DNA of 64,000 nucleotides from a virus (IMGVR_UViG_3300042465_002598:1261-65260); one strand, 5' to 3'. Positions 43,949-55,048 are shown, counted from the first letter of the stretch. The notes: generated from the letters alone by a model not told the origin. Made by a program: numbers and translations.

Positions 43949-46900
43949 ATGCCGGTCTACCAGATCACGGCACCAAACGGCAGAACGTACCGCATCGAAG
44001 GACCGCCCGGTGCCAGTGATGCAGACGTAGCTCAGGCTGTTCTTGCCCAATACCCCGAAGCGGGGAAACCACCCGCCGAGTCCACCATCATGGGCGAGAT
44101 CGTCCGTGGTGGTAAGCAGCTTACCTCGTCTGTTCGCACAGGGCTTGGTAGCCTCACCGCGCCGGAAGAAGCTGCGCTGGCTGGGTTGGAGCGTGGTGAG
44201 AAGATCGCTGCCGAGGCCGGAGAAGGTCCGTCCTTTGCCGCCGTACGCAAGGCGTACGAGGAGCGTGGCTTGTTGCCCGCCGCAGGAGAGGTGGCGTCTC
44301 AGATTCCCCGGGCGGTTGCAGGGCAGCTTCCGCAACTGGCTGCGATGGCTGGTGGTGCGCGGCTTGGTGCAATGGCAGGGGCAGGGATCGGCTCTATCGT
44401 TCCCGTAGTAGGTACTGGTGCCGGTGCGCTTGTTGGCGGTGTCCTTGGTGCTGGGGCCACGCTGCTGCCGCAGTTCATGGGGGCCAACGTCGAGCGTCAG
44501 GCGAAAGAGCAACTTGAACGCGGCGAGCCGGTCAGCATCGACCGGACCAAAGCCTACGGCGCTGCGGCAGGACAAGCGGCGGTTGAGAGCGCGGGCACTG
44601 CGTTCGTCTTGGGCAAGCGGGTTGTCAAGGGCGTCCTTGGCATCACAGACGATGCTGCACTTACCACCGCCAAGGCGGGGAAAGCATTGGAAGAGACCGC
44701 AAAGCGGTCGCTTGCCGCGTCCGCTGGACGCGGGGCTCTCCGTGGCACTGCCGAGATTCCGGTCGAAATCGCCCAGGCTGTGATTGAGCGGGCGCAGGCG
44801 GGGCTGGACCTGACCTCTCCTGAGGCGATGGAAGAGTACGGCGAGAACGCGTACCTCGCTGGCCTTGTGGGTCCGACGATTGGTAGCGCAGCGAACGTCG
44901 TAGAACGACGGGGCGCGCAGCGTGCGCTGGCTGCCACGGCTCCTCCGGTAGAGGCCCCCATCGAACGTGCAGAACGGCTGAAAGCCGAGAAGGCAGCGGC
45001 TGAAACCCCGCCCCCTGCGCCTCCGGTGACCGAACCCGCGCCCCCTCCCGTCGTTGAAACCCCTGCGCCTCCTCCGGTGGCCGAGACTCCTGCGCCTCCT
45101 CCGGTGGCCGAGACCCCGGCACCGCCCGTCGAAGAGCCCAAGGTCAGGAAACCCGGTGAGCCCCCCGCCACTGGCTTACAACCTGCTGACATTGAAGCGC
45201 TTGGCATCAGCAAGAAGCAGCCGATCTACCGGCGCATGCTGGGCAAAGACATGAACGATCCCGCGCAGCGGGATGCCATCCTCGCTGACATCGAGAACTA
45301 CCTGACCAGAGGGAACGGTAGCGAGGAGTCCCGCGCCAAGCTGACAGAGTTCAAAGCCAAGTTCGCCCCCGCTGCCCCTGCCGCACCGCCTACTACGGAG
45401 ACACCAAGTGCTGATGCAACTCAACCAGAAGCAGGTGGAGCAGGCGCTCCAGTGGCTGGCGAGCCCGGTGCAGGAGCCGCCCCCGGAGGGGCTGGAGTCA
45501 CTGAGCCAAGTGGAGTGGTTCCTCCTGTCGCGGATGCTCAACAGCCTGCTGGAGGAGAAGGACAGCAACCCGCTCCAATAACGCCCCCTGCGCCCGCTCC
45601 TGCTCCCGCTCCCGCGCCCGCTCCTGCCCCGGCCCCGGCCCCCACGCCTGCTCAAGTCGAGCAGGAACTCACCGCACTGGTTGAGTCTGGGCGGATCACC
45701 GAGGAGCAGGCAGCGACATACCGCGAGGAACTGCTGGGCGAAGCGGAAGAAGCCCCCCAGACCGCGATGGGGCAGGCGTTTCAGAAGCAGGTGGACAGCC
45801 TCAAGGCGCAGATGGATGCCTTGCGTCAGAAGAGCGGGAAGAAGCCAGCACCGAAGTCCAAGAACCGGGCGAAGTTTGATGAGTTGGAAGCACAACTCCA
45901 AACCCTCCTGCCTGCTGAAACCGGCCCACTCAAGGAGAAATTAAAGAAGGCGGGGGCAACGGCTGTTGTTACGTCATCTAACGTAGTAAGAGAAGCAGAG
46001 AAACTTGAAAAGCAAGCTGCTGAACTTGAAGCCAAAGAAGGAAGGGTTACGCCGGAAGTAGCAGGACTGCGTTCGCGGGCAGCGTCTTTGAGGGACGCGT
46101 CGGCTCCGGTGATTGACATCCCAGCAGTCCGCAAGGCGCTTAAGAATCGTGGCCCGAAGATGCTCAAGGCGGTACTGACCTACATCGGCGTCGATGAGGA
46201 TGGTAACTACCTGCCAACCACTTACTCTACCGACGAAGCTGCGGAGTCTGTTGGCTTGAAGAAAAGCTCCGGCTCAAACGTACGGCGTATTGCGGAAGCA
46301 TTGGGTATCACAGAGGATGTCCGGAGCCGTTTCCATGCAGCTCAGACCGGCGTTGTCGGTATCGCCAAGAATGTATCTGAGGCAAGTCTATCTGGTATCT
46401 CGGTAGAGAACCCTAAGGCGGGGGTTTTGTATGAGGCTCCTGTAAAGCCAGTCTCGACCGATGCTGAATACGACGCCCTTGTTGCCAGAGTAAAAGAGCT
46501 TGAAGTTAACGGGAAAGAGCCTGAGAAGGGTAGTCCCAACTTCAAAGCGTACAAGACTGCTGAGAAAGCACTTAGACAAGCAACACCAGCGGCACCGAGT
46601 TTCCTACGCCCCGCCTTAACTAAGATTGGTCAGCTTGACTTCACCAAGCTCGACATGCGCCAACTGGCGGACATCTACTCCCGCGCCTCCCGGTACGACG
46701 CCAAGGACAACGCGGAGGTGATGCAGCAGTTGAACAGCGAAGTCGAGGCACGGCGCAAAGCAGATCGGAAAGGTACCGACGCAGCCGTCAACCGTGCTTA
46801 TGGGAAGTTGGTCGAGGAAGAGGAAACTCAGGCAGAGACGGAAGTCGAAACTGTCGAGGAAGCGCCGGAAGAGGTCGAGGTCGAGGTCGAAGACAGGACT

Positions 46901-49900
46901 GCGCGGCTGAGTGATGAGGACGTTAACTACCGCACTATTCCGCAAAGCCCCGTCGTCACCAATCGTGCGTCTCACGCTGAACTCGAAAAGGTTGTTTCCG
47001 ACATTGGCAAGGCTCTGGGCGGTGAGGTGTCAGTCACCATCCTCGATGATGTAACCGACGTTGACGCCAAGCAGCAGCCGGGTACTCGTGCCGGTGCGCT
47101 GATCAAAGGTCAGATTTACCTCTTCCGTAGCGGTATCGCCAAGGGCATCGAAGGGCAGAAGACTGTCTTCCACGAACTGTTCCATAAGGGCCTGAAGAAC
47201 CTCCTGCCTGAGGCTGAGTACCGGGCGCTGATGTCGCGGTTCTACAACCAGAGCGCAGAGGTCCGCAGGATGGCGGATGCCTACCTCGCGTCCGATACAG
47301 GCAAGAAGGACACCGAGGGCATGAGCCCACAGGAAGCCCGCGTCCTGGCTGTCGAAGAATCGCTGGCAGAGGTTGCGGAGCAGACCAAGCTCAAGCCTAC
47401 TCTGGTGCGTCAGGTGGGCAATTTCCTCGCTCGTGTTGCTGACCGGTTTGGCATGTCGCAGCTTGCCCGTGCCATTCGCACGATGGGACTGAACGAGCAG
47501 CAGAAGTTCATTCAGGATGCCTTGCAGGCAGGACTCGGACCAAGTGCCGGGGAAGGCGCGACGAGGTTCCGTGTTGGGGAAGAAAGACCGATTAGGCAGA
47601 TCGGTAAGTTTGGCCCTATAGAAAATGCCAGCGTATTTTACTGGTCAAATGATACTGGCGTTGCTGTCCAAGTATTTGACCAAGACCTCATAGATAGCGG
47701 TGTTAAACTGTCAAGAGCGGTGGTTGATCAGTTTGACTTAGACATATCTAAAGACGGAAAAACCGCTGAGATTCACACGCACGGGGTACCTCCGGGCGCA
47801 TCCGCTGTATTGTCTAAATACAAAGAGCAGATTAGTAGGGTTAAGCCTGTTGGTTTTTCTGGCGACCCTTACTATAAGTTTGCGCCTGGGTCTTTCAGTA
47901 ACAAAGATATACGCGAACTGATCAGGAGTCTACGTGACATCGCTGTAAAAGAAGGACAGTTCGACAAAGTTGAAACTGTCAAGATTAAACGTGCTACAGG
48001 TGCAACTGCCGGTAGAGGTCCGCGAGAAATAAGCCGCGAAGCGGCGATGCGGTTCCGCACCGTCACCCCCCAGACCGAAGCCGCTGTCAAGGGTATCGAT
48101 GTCATCGGGGAGCAGGACAAGCGCACCTTCGGTCAGCGTGTCGCCCGAGAACTCAAGGGCAACCCCGCTCTGCGCCTGCGCGAGAAGTTCACCGACTCGC
48201 TGGCACCGCTGGAAGACCTCTTCGTCAATGCCTACGGCGGCGCAACCCGCACAGCCAAGGGCCGACTCAACCCGATGGTGCTGCTCTCCCGGGCGCTCGA
48301 CGCGCTGCGCGTCAGCAAGGCGGCACAGGAGATTGGTGGTCTGGGCAGGGAAGACGGGCTCATCGTCGCCAAAGCTCTGCCGGTCAACTACAAGGACATC
48401 CTCAAGCGCATCGCGGATGCCGCCAAAGAGCGTGGGCAGACCTACGAGGAGTTCCGCAAGACGGTGGATACTGTCCTGTACGCGCACCGTGAGTACAACC
48501 TGCGCGAGAAGAACAAGACCCTGCCCCAAGACGAGCAGATCGAACTGCTCCTGAAAGATCACCAGATTGATCGACTGGAAGCTGCGTTCCAGCAGGACGA
48601 CTTCATCAAGGGCATCAGCACAGACCTTGACACCATCCGCTTCAACCTACTCGACACGCTGGTGGACACCGGGCGAATCTCCGCTGAGCAAGCCAAGGAC
48701 TACCGAGACGCCATCGGCTACATCCCCTTTGAGCGGATCGGTGAGTACGAGAACCAGTGGAACAATGCCACTCGTGGCGCGAACCGTGGGGTGGCTGCGC
48801 TGAAGAAAATGCGCAGTCTGGAGGGCAGCGACAGGAAGTCTACCTCCGTCGTGGAGAACTTCTCCGGACTCATGGACTGGGCTACGAAGGAGGCGATGAA
48901 GAACGAAGCCGCCCTTCGCGCCCTCAAGGACATGGAACTGCTGGGTGCAGCGGTCAAGCGCCCGAACAAACCAAAGACAGACGCGCCGGGGGATACTGTC
49001 GATGTCTTCGACGGGGGCAAGAAGGTCTCCTACTATATCCCGGACCCTGCGCACCTCGTAGCGTTCAGCATCGCTGACCCGCAGCTTTCCAAAATCCTCA
49101 AGGCATTCCAACGGGGCTCCCAGGTGCTCCGCGCTGGCGTCACTGCCATGCCGCCGTTCGCCATCAAGCAGGTGTTTGACGACGTTATACGTGCGTACAC
49201 TTACGCAGGTGTCAAGAACAACGGCGAGTTGGTCAAGAACGTACTCTTCAACTTCCCGAAGAACTGGGTCAACGAGGTGATGCGGCGCGAGTCGAAGGGT
49301 GTCCGCGAACTGAAGAATCTTGGTATCGTTGGCACGTTCGACTTCACTCAACAGACCAACCTGAAGGACATCCTTGAGGAGGCAGGGGCGAAGAAGGAAG
49401 GGATCGGCAGTGCCATCATCCGTGTGATGGAAGCCGGTGCCAAGGCATCGGACCTCGCCGTGCGTGAGGCCATCTACAAGCAGGTGCTCAAGGAGACCGG
49501 AGACAAGGCTCAGGCCGAGTCCGCTGCACGGGAAATCATCAACTTCAGCCGTCGTGGTTCATCGAAGATGATGGGTCAGATGATCAGCATCATCCCCTTC
49601 TTCAACGCCTATGCGCGAGGCATGGACAAGCTGGCGACGGCAGCGGCTGGAAGAGTTGTGGGTCAGTCCACAGGCACCGCCCGGTCAATGTTCTACCAAC
49701 GCATGGGTGTGCTGACCTCGATGGGCCTGCTGTACGCCCTGATGATGCAGGACGACGAGGAGTACAACAAGCTGCCTGACCACGTGCGGGATACGAACTG
49801 GGTGCTGCCCTACGGTAAGGGGCTTGGCTTCACGCCCGTCATTCCCATCCCGGCTGAACTCGCGTTCTTCTTCAAGGCGATCCCTGAGCGGATCGTGCGG

Positions 49901-50698
49901 TACTACAAGTACCAGGGCACCGAGGGAGAGCAGGCAGCGATGTCTGTGCTCGGTGAGTTGGCTAAGCGAGGAATCGACGTTTTCTCGTCGCCCAACGTCA
50001 CGCCTCAGGTGCTGCGTCCCTTCCTTGAGAACATCGTCAACTACTCGTTCTTCCTGGGCAGGCCGCTGGAGTCGCAGGCTCAGTTGCAGCTTCGCCCGTT
50101 TGAACGGTACGGTACCGGCACCTCTGACGCCATGAAGGCTGTTGCGAGGGGTCTGGAGGACGTTGCCAACGCCACGGGTATCGAAGCCTTCGCCGTGTCC
50201 CCGATCAAGCTGGAGAACGCTGTGCGTGGCCTCATGGGTACCGCTGCGGGGCTCACCCTGTCGATGGCTGACATGATGGTCAACCCTGACCGGACAGACC
50301 GCCCCCTGCACCAGCAGTTGACGCCTCAGTTGACCGGTGCCTCGGCTGTGATGAAGACCGCAGTGGGTACGCGGTACATGGACGAAATCTACGATCTGGA
50401 GAAGCGGGTCGAACAGGTCAACGGCACCTACAACCGGCTGATGAAGACGCAGCCCGAGAAGGTCGAGGAGTACCTCAAGGACAACATCGGCATGTACTCC
50501 ATCCGGGAGCCGGTGAAGAGCGTCATGGACGCCATCCGCACGCTCAACGAGACTGCCATGACCATCGACCGGGACACCTCTCTGAGCCCGGAGGAGCGCC
50601 GCAAGCTCATCGATGAACTGCGTGTCGAGCAGAACGAGATCGCCCGAGTAGTCTTCTCCTTGCGCAAGCAGGCCCGCGACATCCAAGCAGGGCTCTGA
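43949..50698 (+). CDS. Large polyvalent internal virion protein (zincin-like HELFH domain; LPD38-like C-terminus)
   Basis: 2249 aa; HELFH...EE; INFSRRG, IPFFNA, IPIPAELAFFFKAIPE. Confidence 0.75.
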   Translation: MPVYQITAPNGRTYRIEGPPGASDADVAQAVLAQYPEAGKPPAESTIMGEIVRGGKQLTSSVRTGLGSLTAPEEAALAGLERGEKIAAEAGEGPSFAAVRKAYEERGLLPAAGEVASQIPRAVAGQLPQLAAMAGGARLGAMAGAGIGSIVPVVGTGAGALVGGVLGAGATLLPQFMGANVERQAKEQLERGEPVSIDRTKAYGAAAGQAAVESAGTAFVLGKRVVKGVLGITDDAALTTAKAGKALEETAKRSLAASAGRGALRGTAEIPVEIAQAVIERAQAGLDLTSPEAMEEYGENAYLAGLVGPTIGSAANVVERRGAQRALAATAPPVEAPIERAERLKAEKAAAETPPPAPPVTEPAPPPVVETPAPPPVAETPAPPPVAETPAPPVEEPKVRKPGEPPATGLQPADIEALGISKKQPIYRRMLGKDMNDPAQRDAILADIENYLTRGNGSEESRAKLTEFKAKFAPAAPAAPPTTETPSADATQPEAGGAGAPVAGEPGAGAAPGGAGVTEPSGVVPPVADAQQPAGGEGQQPAPITPPAPAPAPAPAPAPAPAPAPTPAQVEQELTALVESGRITEEQAATYREELLGEAEEAPQTAMGQAFQKQVDSLKAQMDALRQKSGKKPAPKSKNRAKFDELEAQLQTLLPAETGPLKEKLKKAGATAVVTSSNVVREAEKLEKQAAELEAKEGRVTPEVAGLRSRAASLRDASAPVIDIPAVRKALKNRGPKMLKAVLTYIGVDEDGNYLPTTYSTDEAAESVGLKKSSGSNVRRIAEALGITEDVRSRFHAAQTGVVGIAKNVSEASLSGISVENPKAGVLYEAPVKPVSTDAEYDALVARVKELEVNGKEPEKGSPNFKAYKTAEKALRQATPAAPSFLRPALTKIGQLDFTKLDMRQLADIYSRASRYDAKDNAEVMQQLNSEVEARRKADRKGTDAAVNRAYGKLVEEEETQAETEVETVEEAPEEVEVEVEDRTARLSDEDVNYRTIPQSPVVTNRASHAELEKVVSDIGKALGGEVSVTILDDVTDVDAKQQPGTRAGALIKGQIYLFRSGIAKGIEGQKTVFHELFHKGLKNLLPEAEYRALMSRFYNQSAEVRRMADAYLASDTGKKDTEGMSPQEARVLAVEESLAEVAEQTKLKPTLVRQVGNFLARVADRFGMSQLARAIRTMGLNEQQKFIQDALQAGLGPSAGEGATRFRVGEERPIRQIGKFGPIENASVFYWSNDTGVAVQVFDQDLIDSGVKLSRAVVDQFDLDISKDGKTAEIHTHGVPPGASAVLSKYKEQISRVKPVGFSGDPYYKFAPGSFSNKDIRELIRSLRDIAVKEGQFDKVETVKIKRATGATAGRGPREISREAAMRFRTVTPQTEAAVKGIDVIGEQDKRTFGQRVARELKGNPALRLREKFTDSLAPLEDLFVNAYGGATRTAKGRLNPMVLLSRALDALRVSKAAQEIGGLGREDGLIVAKALPVNYKDILKRIADAAKERGQTYEEFRKTVDTVLYAHREYNLREKNKTLPQDEQIELLLKDHQIDRLEAAFQQDDFIKGISTDLDTIRFNLLDTLVDTGRISAEQAKDYRDAIGYIPFERIGEYENQWNNATRGANRGVAALKKMRSLEGSDRKSTSVVENFSGLMDWATKEAMKNEAALRALKDMELLGAAVKRPNKPKTDAPGDTVDVFDGGKKVSYYIPDPAHLVAFSIADPQLSKILKAFQRGSQVLRAGVTAMPPFAIKQVFDDVIRAYTYAGVKNNGELVKNVLFNFPKNWVNEVMRRESKGVRELKNLGIVGTFDFTQQTNLKDILEEAGAKKEGIGSAIIRVMEAGAKASDLAVREAIYKQVLKETGDKAQAESAAREIINFSRRGSSKMMGQMISIIPFFNAYARGMDKLATAAAGRVVGQSTGTARSMFYQRMGVLTSMGLLYALMMQDDEEYNKLPDHVRDTNWVLPYGKGLGFTPVIPIPAELAFFFKAIPERIVRYYKYQGTEGEQAAMSVLGELAKRGIDVFSSPNVTPQVLRPFLENIVNYSFFLGRPLESQAQLQLRPFERYGTGTSDAMKAVARGLEDVANATGIEAFAVSPIKLENAVRGLMGTAAGLTLSMADMMVNPDRTDRPLHQQLTPQLTGASAVMKTAVGTRYMDEIYDLEKRVEQVNGTYNRLMKTQPEKVEEYLKDNIGMYSIREPVKSVMDAIRTLNETAMTIDRDTSLSPEERRKLIDELRVEQNEIARVVFSLRKQARDIQAGL

Positions 50699-50700
50699 TG

Positions 50701-50735
50701 AAAAAGCGCCCCGGGGACTTGCGCCGCCCGGGGCT
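50701..50735 (-). terminator. Terminator at the convergence of late and replication arms
   Basis: gccccggg stem with T-tract on the minus strand. Confidence 0.55.
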
Positions 50736-50780
50736 AAGACTAGGAGGGAGACGCTGGCAACTGCTTACCAGCGGGCCGGA

Positions 50781-51017
50781 TTATGCCATGCGCCAGACCC
50801 GGATGCCAAGTACCCCGCCCTCGACCCGCTCCACCCAGGCCAACGTGTATTTAAGAGTGTGGTAGTGGACGCGCACGGCGTTGAACACCATCTGAGGTTT
50901 CAGCGCTGGCAGAAAGAAACTGTGCCCGATGCCTAGAGTGCGCGGCACCCTGAAGACCGCCGAGTTGATCTCCAGTATGTCAGTCTGGCTTATCCGTGAC
51001 CAGTTCACTGTCTTCAA
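50781..51017 (-). CDS. Small putative DNA-binding protein (start uncertain)
   Basis: IGHSFFLP...GIRVWR, like 2427..2678. Confidence 0.6.
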   Translation of the reverse strand: MKTVNWSRISQTDILEINSAVFRVPRTLGIGHSFFLPALKPQMVFNAVRVHYHTLKYTLAWVERVEGGVLGIRVWRMA

Positions 51018-53796
51018 ACCCTAGTACCTGGGCAGCGTTGATGATGCAGTAAGCATTCACTGCACCGAAGTCCGCGTCCCAGCCAGCGCCCATCCGCTTC
51101 TTCACCACCAATAGCTTGCTACCCGTCTCAGCCTCAAACATGTTGGGCAGTTCTCGGGTGTTGATATAGTTCTCACTGCACCAGCGGTTGAAGTCCTTTT
51201 GGACAATGAAGAGGTTCTTTGTATCAGGCTCGTACCGAATGATGAGGTTGTGCTTGGGCTTGATATACGGCTCGTTTTGCAGCCCGTTCGCACGCTGCTT
51301 GGAGTCGATGGTCAGCATGCTGTTGACGTTGTGATTCACGAAAGCAGCGATGGTTTCCGAAGCCTGCACGCTGCGCATGGCCTGCTCCACTACCCCCACG
51401 CGGATCACTTCGATCATGCGCCGTGCGATGCGGGAAAGGTTGAAGTTGGTCAGACCGAGGTTGTTCGTGATGACCCCTGCCGTGATGGCGCAGATCACAG
51501 CGTTCAGCCGGTACCGCTCCGTCTGAGTCCACTTGCCCTTGGAGTAGATAAGGTCACGAGTCTCGGCCCACATCTTCTTCACGAGGTCTAGATTCGACAC
51601 TACGTAATTGACGAAGATATCCCCAGCGTAGCCGTAGTTGTCATTGAGATCGTTGAATAGCTTCTGCGACTCCAACACATCGGAGGGAACGGGTGTCTGT
51701 AGGTTGACCTCGATGACGCGAGCGAGTTCGCCCTGTGGGTCCACCTTGATCATGCCGAGCCGGTCTTCGACGCTGGTGTTGCTGGACCATACGGTGATCA
51801 TCTTCCAGACAAGATCGTTGGACCGCTCCATGTTGCGGCCAGACTCCATGCGATCCCGCGCCCGCCCCTGCGTGCTGCCGTAGAGCAGCCCAGACAACTC
51901 CTGCGGCGAAGCGTTCGTCATCTCGTCCAGGCACATCGGGATGCCATTCAGCGTGCCCATGCGGTGCACCTTGGTCAGATGCGTGTCCTGCGCATCCTTC
52001 ATCAGCGCCCGGGAGTCACCGAAGATCGAGTTGATGCACCGCAGGATCGTGGTCTTGCCCGTGCCGCTCTTCTTGGAGAAGTAGTTGATCACCGCCCCAT
52101 TCTCGGGCGACATCATCATGAGGACGCTGCCGAACCCGGAGAGCACACCGAACGCATGGAGGTCGAACTCCGGCGCGTTGTAGGCGTCGATGATGTCCTT
52201 CCACACTTCCAGCGATCCCTTCGGTGTGAACCAGGGAATGTACTTTTCCAGATGGCGGGCGACAGGCGCGTGGACAACACCCCTCGGTGTGTACTCCCGG
52301 TTACCTATGATGAACGTGTTCTCTCTTGTCCAGCCAAAACGGGTATACATCTCTTCCGCCTTATCACGCATTTGCAGTTCTTGAATTGACTTGGCAACGT
52401 AGGCTTGCAGTTTAGTCAGTTGCGCCGGGGTGAAGACTGCTACCCCCTGCTCGTTCAGCTTCTCGCGGAACTTGTCTATCGCACCGACTTCCTTCTGCGC
52501 AATCATGAAGTCACGAATAGCGTCGTTAGGCAAGTGGTGGCGCATCCAGACAACGTCACCTAAGTCGCTCTCCCGCATGCGACGGTATACATACAAGTCG
52601 TGCGGATAGATGATCTCGACCTCAGGCTCCCCATCTTCGACAGCCTTCTTGTGCATGTACACACCGCCGCTGGCTCCTCGGGTGTAGGGGAACGGGAGCA
52701 CCGGGATAACGATAGCCTTGCCATCCACCTCGACCTTGCTCGGCTCACGGGGCGCTTCCTTGATCGTGGAACCAAGCTGGATCGGTGAGGTGATCTTCCC
52801 AGCATGCTGACACCCTGCGCACAGGTGGGCCATGTCCAGCCCGTTGAAGGTCTCGCAGGTGTAGGGGCCACGCGTGTTGACCGCCTTCGTCTCAGTCTCG
52901 TCAGGCGCGTAGTTGGGGTGGTTCTTGGAGACCTCGTGGATGCCCCAGTCATGATCTTCGCAATGCTGCGCTATCGACAGCACTCCGCGCCATACCGGTT
53001 CGGGCAGCGTGTCGGAGTTCACAACGGCGTTCCGGACCTGGGCACACCCCGTGCCGCTCATGGACTTCGCCCAGATGATCTGGAACTTGCTGATCCGGTT
53101 AGGGTCACCTTGCGCGAGGCTCTGCGTCAGCTTGCTGCTCGTGCCCTTGGACAACGCTCGCGCCTTGGCGAACATGTCTTTCGACGGGATCATGATCTGC
53201 CCGATGACCGCACGCAGGGCAGCGAACTCGTAATGGACGATGGGCGTCAGCAGCGTAACCGCTTGCCCGTTCTTGCTGTTGATGGTGTCTGGTACACGGA
53301 GCACTCGCACGGTGTCAGCCGTACATGCGCTATCGACGTTGAAGCCCTTGTCCTTGCAGAGAGCTTTGAGTGAGGTAGCTACCTCAGACCACTCGTGAAC
53401 CGCCACCGCCTGCACGAATATCCAATGGGCGTGCAATCCGTTACCGGAGTCAACGATAGTGGGGCGGGGTAGATTCGTCTCCTTACAAAAGGCGCGCAGT
53501 GCAGTGGCACCTTCGTTCTTGTCTGCGTACGGCTTCCCAGAGCCGCAGTCTATGTCAATGTACAGTTCCCTCTTAGATACTGCGTTGTCGGCTACGGCGG
53601 TATCGCCCGCGCCGAATCCAGCAGTCACATAGTAAACGTCCAGTCCTTGGTCTACGAAGTTCTGTGTACTGTCAGCCATCTTGCTGACCGATGAGAAGAA
53701 CCTATTGAACGCAGCGCCGGATGTTCTATTGATCAGCCTAAGTGAGTACCGTGTTCCTTCTGGGAGAATACCTTCTAGGAATTCAAGTTGGGACAT
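50980..53796 (-). CDS. Primase-helicase (AEP/RepB-like primase + DUF927-type helicase)
   Basis: IDID, SGNGLHAHW, RVLRVP; Cys cluster; SGTGKTT, CLDEMTN. Confidence 0.85.
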   Translation of the reverse strand: MSQLEFLEGILPEGTRYSLRLINRTSGAAFNRFFSSVSKMADSTQNFVDQGLDVYYVTAGFGAGDTAVADNAVSKRELYIDIDCGSGKPYADKNEGATALRAFCKETNLPRPTIVDSGNGLHAHWIFVQAVAVHEWSEVATSLKALCKDKGFNVDSACTADTVRVLRVPDTINSKNGQAVTLLTPIVHYEFAALRAVIGQIMIPSKDMFAKARALSKGTSSKLTQSLAQGDPNRISKFQIIWAKSMSGTGCAQVRNAVVNSDTLPEPVWRGVLSIAQHCEDHDWGIHEVSKNHPNYAPDETETKAVNTRGPYTCETFNGLDMAHLCAGCQHAGKITSPIQLGSTIKEAPREPSKVEVDGKAIVIPVLPFPYTRGASGGVYMHKKAVEDGEPEVEIIYPHDLYVYRRMRESDLGDVVWMRHHLPNDAIRDFMIAQKEVGAIDKFREKLNEQGVAVFTPAQLTKLQAYVAKSIQELQMRDKAEEMYTRFGWTRENTFIIGNREYTPRGVVHAPVARHLEKYIPWFTPKGSLEVWKDIIDAYNAPEFDLHAFGVLSGFGSVLMMMSPENGAVINYFSKKSGTGKTTILRCINSIFGDSRALMKDAQDTHLTKVHRMGTLNGIPMCLDEMTNASPQELSGLLYGSTQGRARDRMESGRNMERSNDLVWKMITVWSSNTSVEDRLGMIKVDPQGELARVIEVNLQTPVPSDVLESQKLFNDLNDNYGYAGDIFVNYVVSNLDLVKKMWAETRDLIYSKGKWTQTERYRLNAVICAITAGVITNNLGLTNFNLSRIARRMIEVIRVGVVEQAMRSVQASETIAAFVNHNVNSMLTIDSKQRANGLQNEPYIKPKHNLIIRYEPDTKNLFIVQKDFNRWCSENYINTRELPNMFEAETGSKLLVVKKRMGAGWDADFGAVNAYCIINAAQVLGFEDSELVTDKPD

Positions 53797-53847
53797 GGTG
53801 GCGAAAAGTTAGCCACTGACGCGTGACGCATCGTGACGGGGGACCGC

Positions 53848-54081
53848 TCAGGTCGGGGGGAGGGTCGAACGATAGTACGCGAGAACCTTGGCGCGCAAGT
53901 GCTTTCCGACCTCTCGTTTACCCGAGAACCACCGGTAGATGGTGGCCTTCGACACATCGAGGTCTTGGCAGACCCGGGCAACCGGAATCTGCCTGTAGAT
54001 GCACAAGCGCCCCAAGGCAACCCCGATGAGGACGGGGTCCGCGTCAGCGTTCAGCCTGACGATCTTGGCTGAGTAGGGCAT
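53848..54081 (-). CDS. Cro-like HTH regulator
   Basis: VARVCQDLDVSKATIYRWFSG. Confidence 0.8.
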   Translation of the reverse strand: MPYSAKIVRLNADADPVLIGVALGRLCIYRQIPVARVCQDLDVSKATIYRWFSGKREVGKHLRAKVLAYYRSTLPPT

Positions 54082-54111
54082 GGTTGTAGCAGGGGTTGCC
54101 CCCTGCGTTCC

Positions 54112-55047
54112 TCAGTCGTCTGCGTCTGCCCAGTCGCTCAGGATCGACTTCACGCTGCGCGTCTCGACCTCCGCCGCCTTCGTCGCTTCACGGACCACGG
54201 GCTCTTGCACCGCTTCAGGAGCGGCCTCCGCCTTGGGCTTGGCCTTCGGCGCGGGAGCGGGCGCAGCGGCCTTGGGTTGCACGAACACCGGGGCTTCCGC
54301 AGGCGCGGGGGCGGCAGCGGGGGCTTCCTCCACCCCGTCAATGTCCGCCACGGTCATCGTCACCGCGTCGATGGCAGCCTGCTCGTCCATGCGAGCGGTC
54401 ACCTTGGCCCACTCGTGCTCCTCCAGCGGGCGCACCGCGCTGAAGACCAGCTTCATGTTGGCAGAGGTGTCGAAGCGCATCTCGGTCACCACAGCGTTGA
54501 CCTCGATCCCGTGCCCGCCCAGGAAGCGGGCGTACTGCTGCAAGCCCATCTTGCGGCCTTCACCCTGCGCGAACAGGCTGGACGCATTGATGTTCATCGC
54601 GTAGATGTCCCCATCGATGTCAGAGGCCAGCAGAACGGCCAGACGGCGGCTGTAGCGACACGCCTTGGAGTCACCCTGCCCAGACCCCTTGATGTCTTGC
54701 GGGCAGCCGTTGCAGGTCTTGTGCTGCGGGGCCTTGACGTTTGCATTGGGCGTCACGCTGTCATCAGACCAGCACTTCGGATGGGCCTTGACACCCTTCT
54801 CGTACTGCCCACCGTAGTAGGTGCGGGAGTTGGCATCCGCTGCACGGACGACGATGATGTTCATCGCACGGTCTTCGTTGACGGCGACCGACTTGCCGCC
54901 GACCATCATGGTGAAGACGTTGTTGTCGATGCTGATGCGCTTGCTGTTGCCGCCGCCCATCAGGGACTTGGTCAGGTCGCTCAGTTGCCCACGACGCAGG
55001 TGAGCAGGCAGTGCGTTGCCGGTTTGAAAAAGAGTCAGTTCAGACAT
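54112..55047 (-). CDS. Putative ssDNA-binding protein
   Basis: Replication context, Cys motif, Pro/Ala linker, acidic tail DWADADD. Confidence 0.6.
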   Translation of the reverse strand: MSELTLFQTGNALPAHLRRGQLSDLTKSLMGGGNSKRISIDNNVFTMMVGGKSVAVNEDRAMNIIVVRAADANSRTYYGGQYEKGVKAHPKCWSDDSVTPNANVKAPQHKTCNGCPQDIKGSGQGDSKACRYSRRLAVLLASDIDGDIYAMNINASSLFAQGEGRKMGLQQYARFLGGHGIEVNAVVTEMRFDTSANMKLVFSAVRPLEEHEWAKVTARMDEQAAIDAVTMTVADIDGVEEAPAAAPAPAEAPVFVQPKAAAPAPAPKAKPKAEAAPEAVQEPVVREATKAAEVETRSVKSILSDWADADD

Positions 55048-55048
55048 G

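Noticed and set aside
43949-50698. N4-like virion RNA polymerase
   Set aside because: No polymerase motifs recognised; the features fit a polyvalent protein with a zincin motif.
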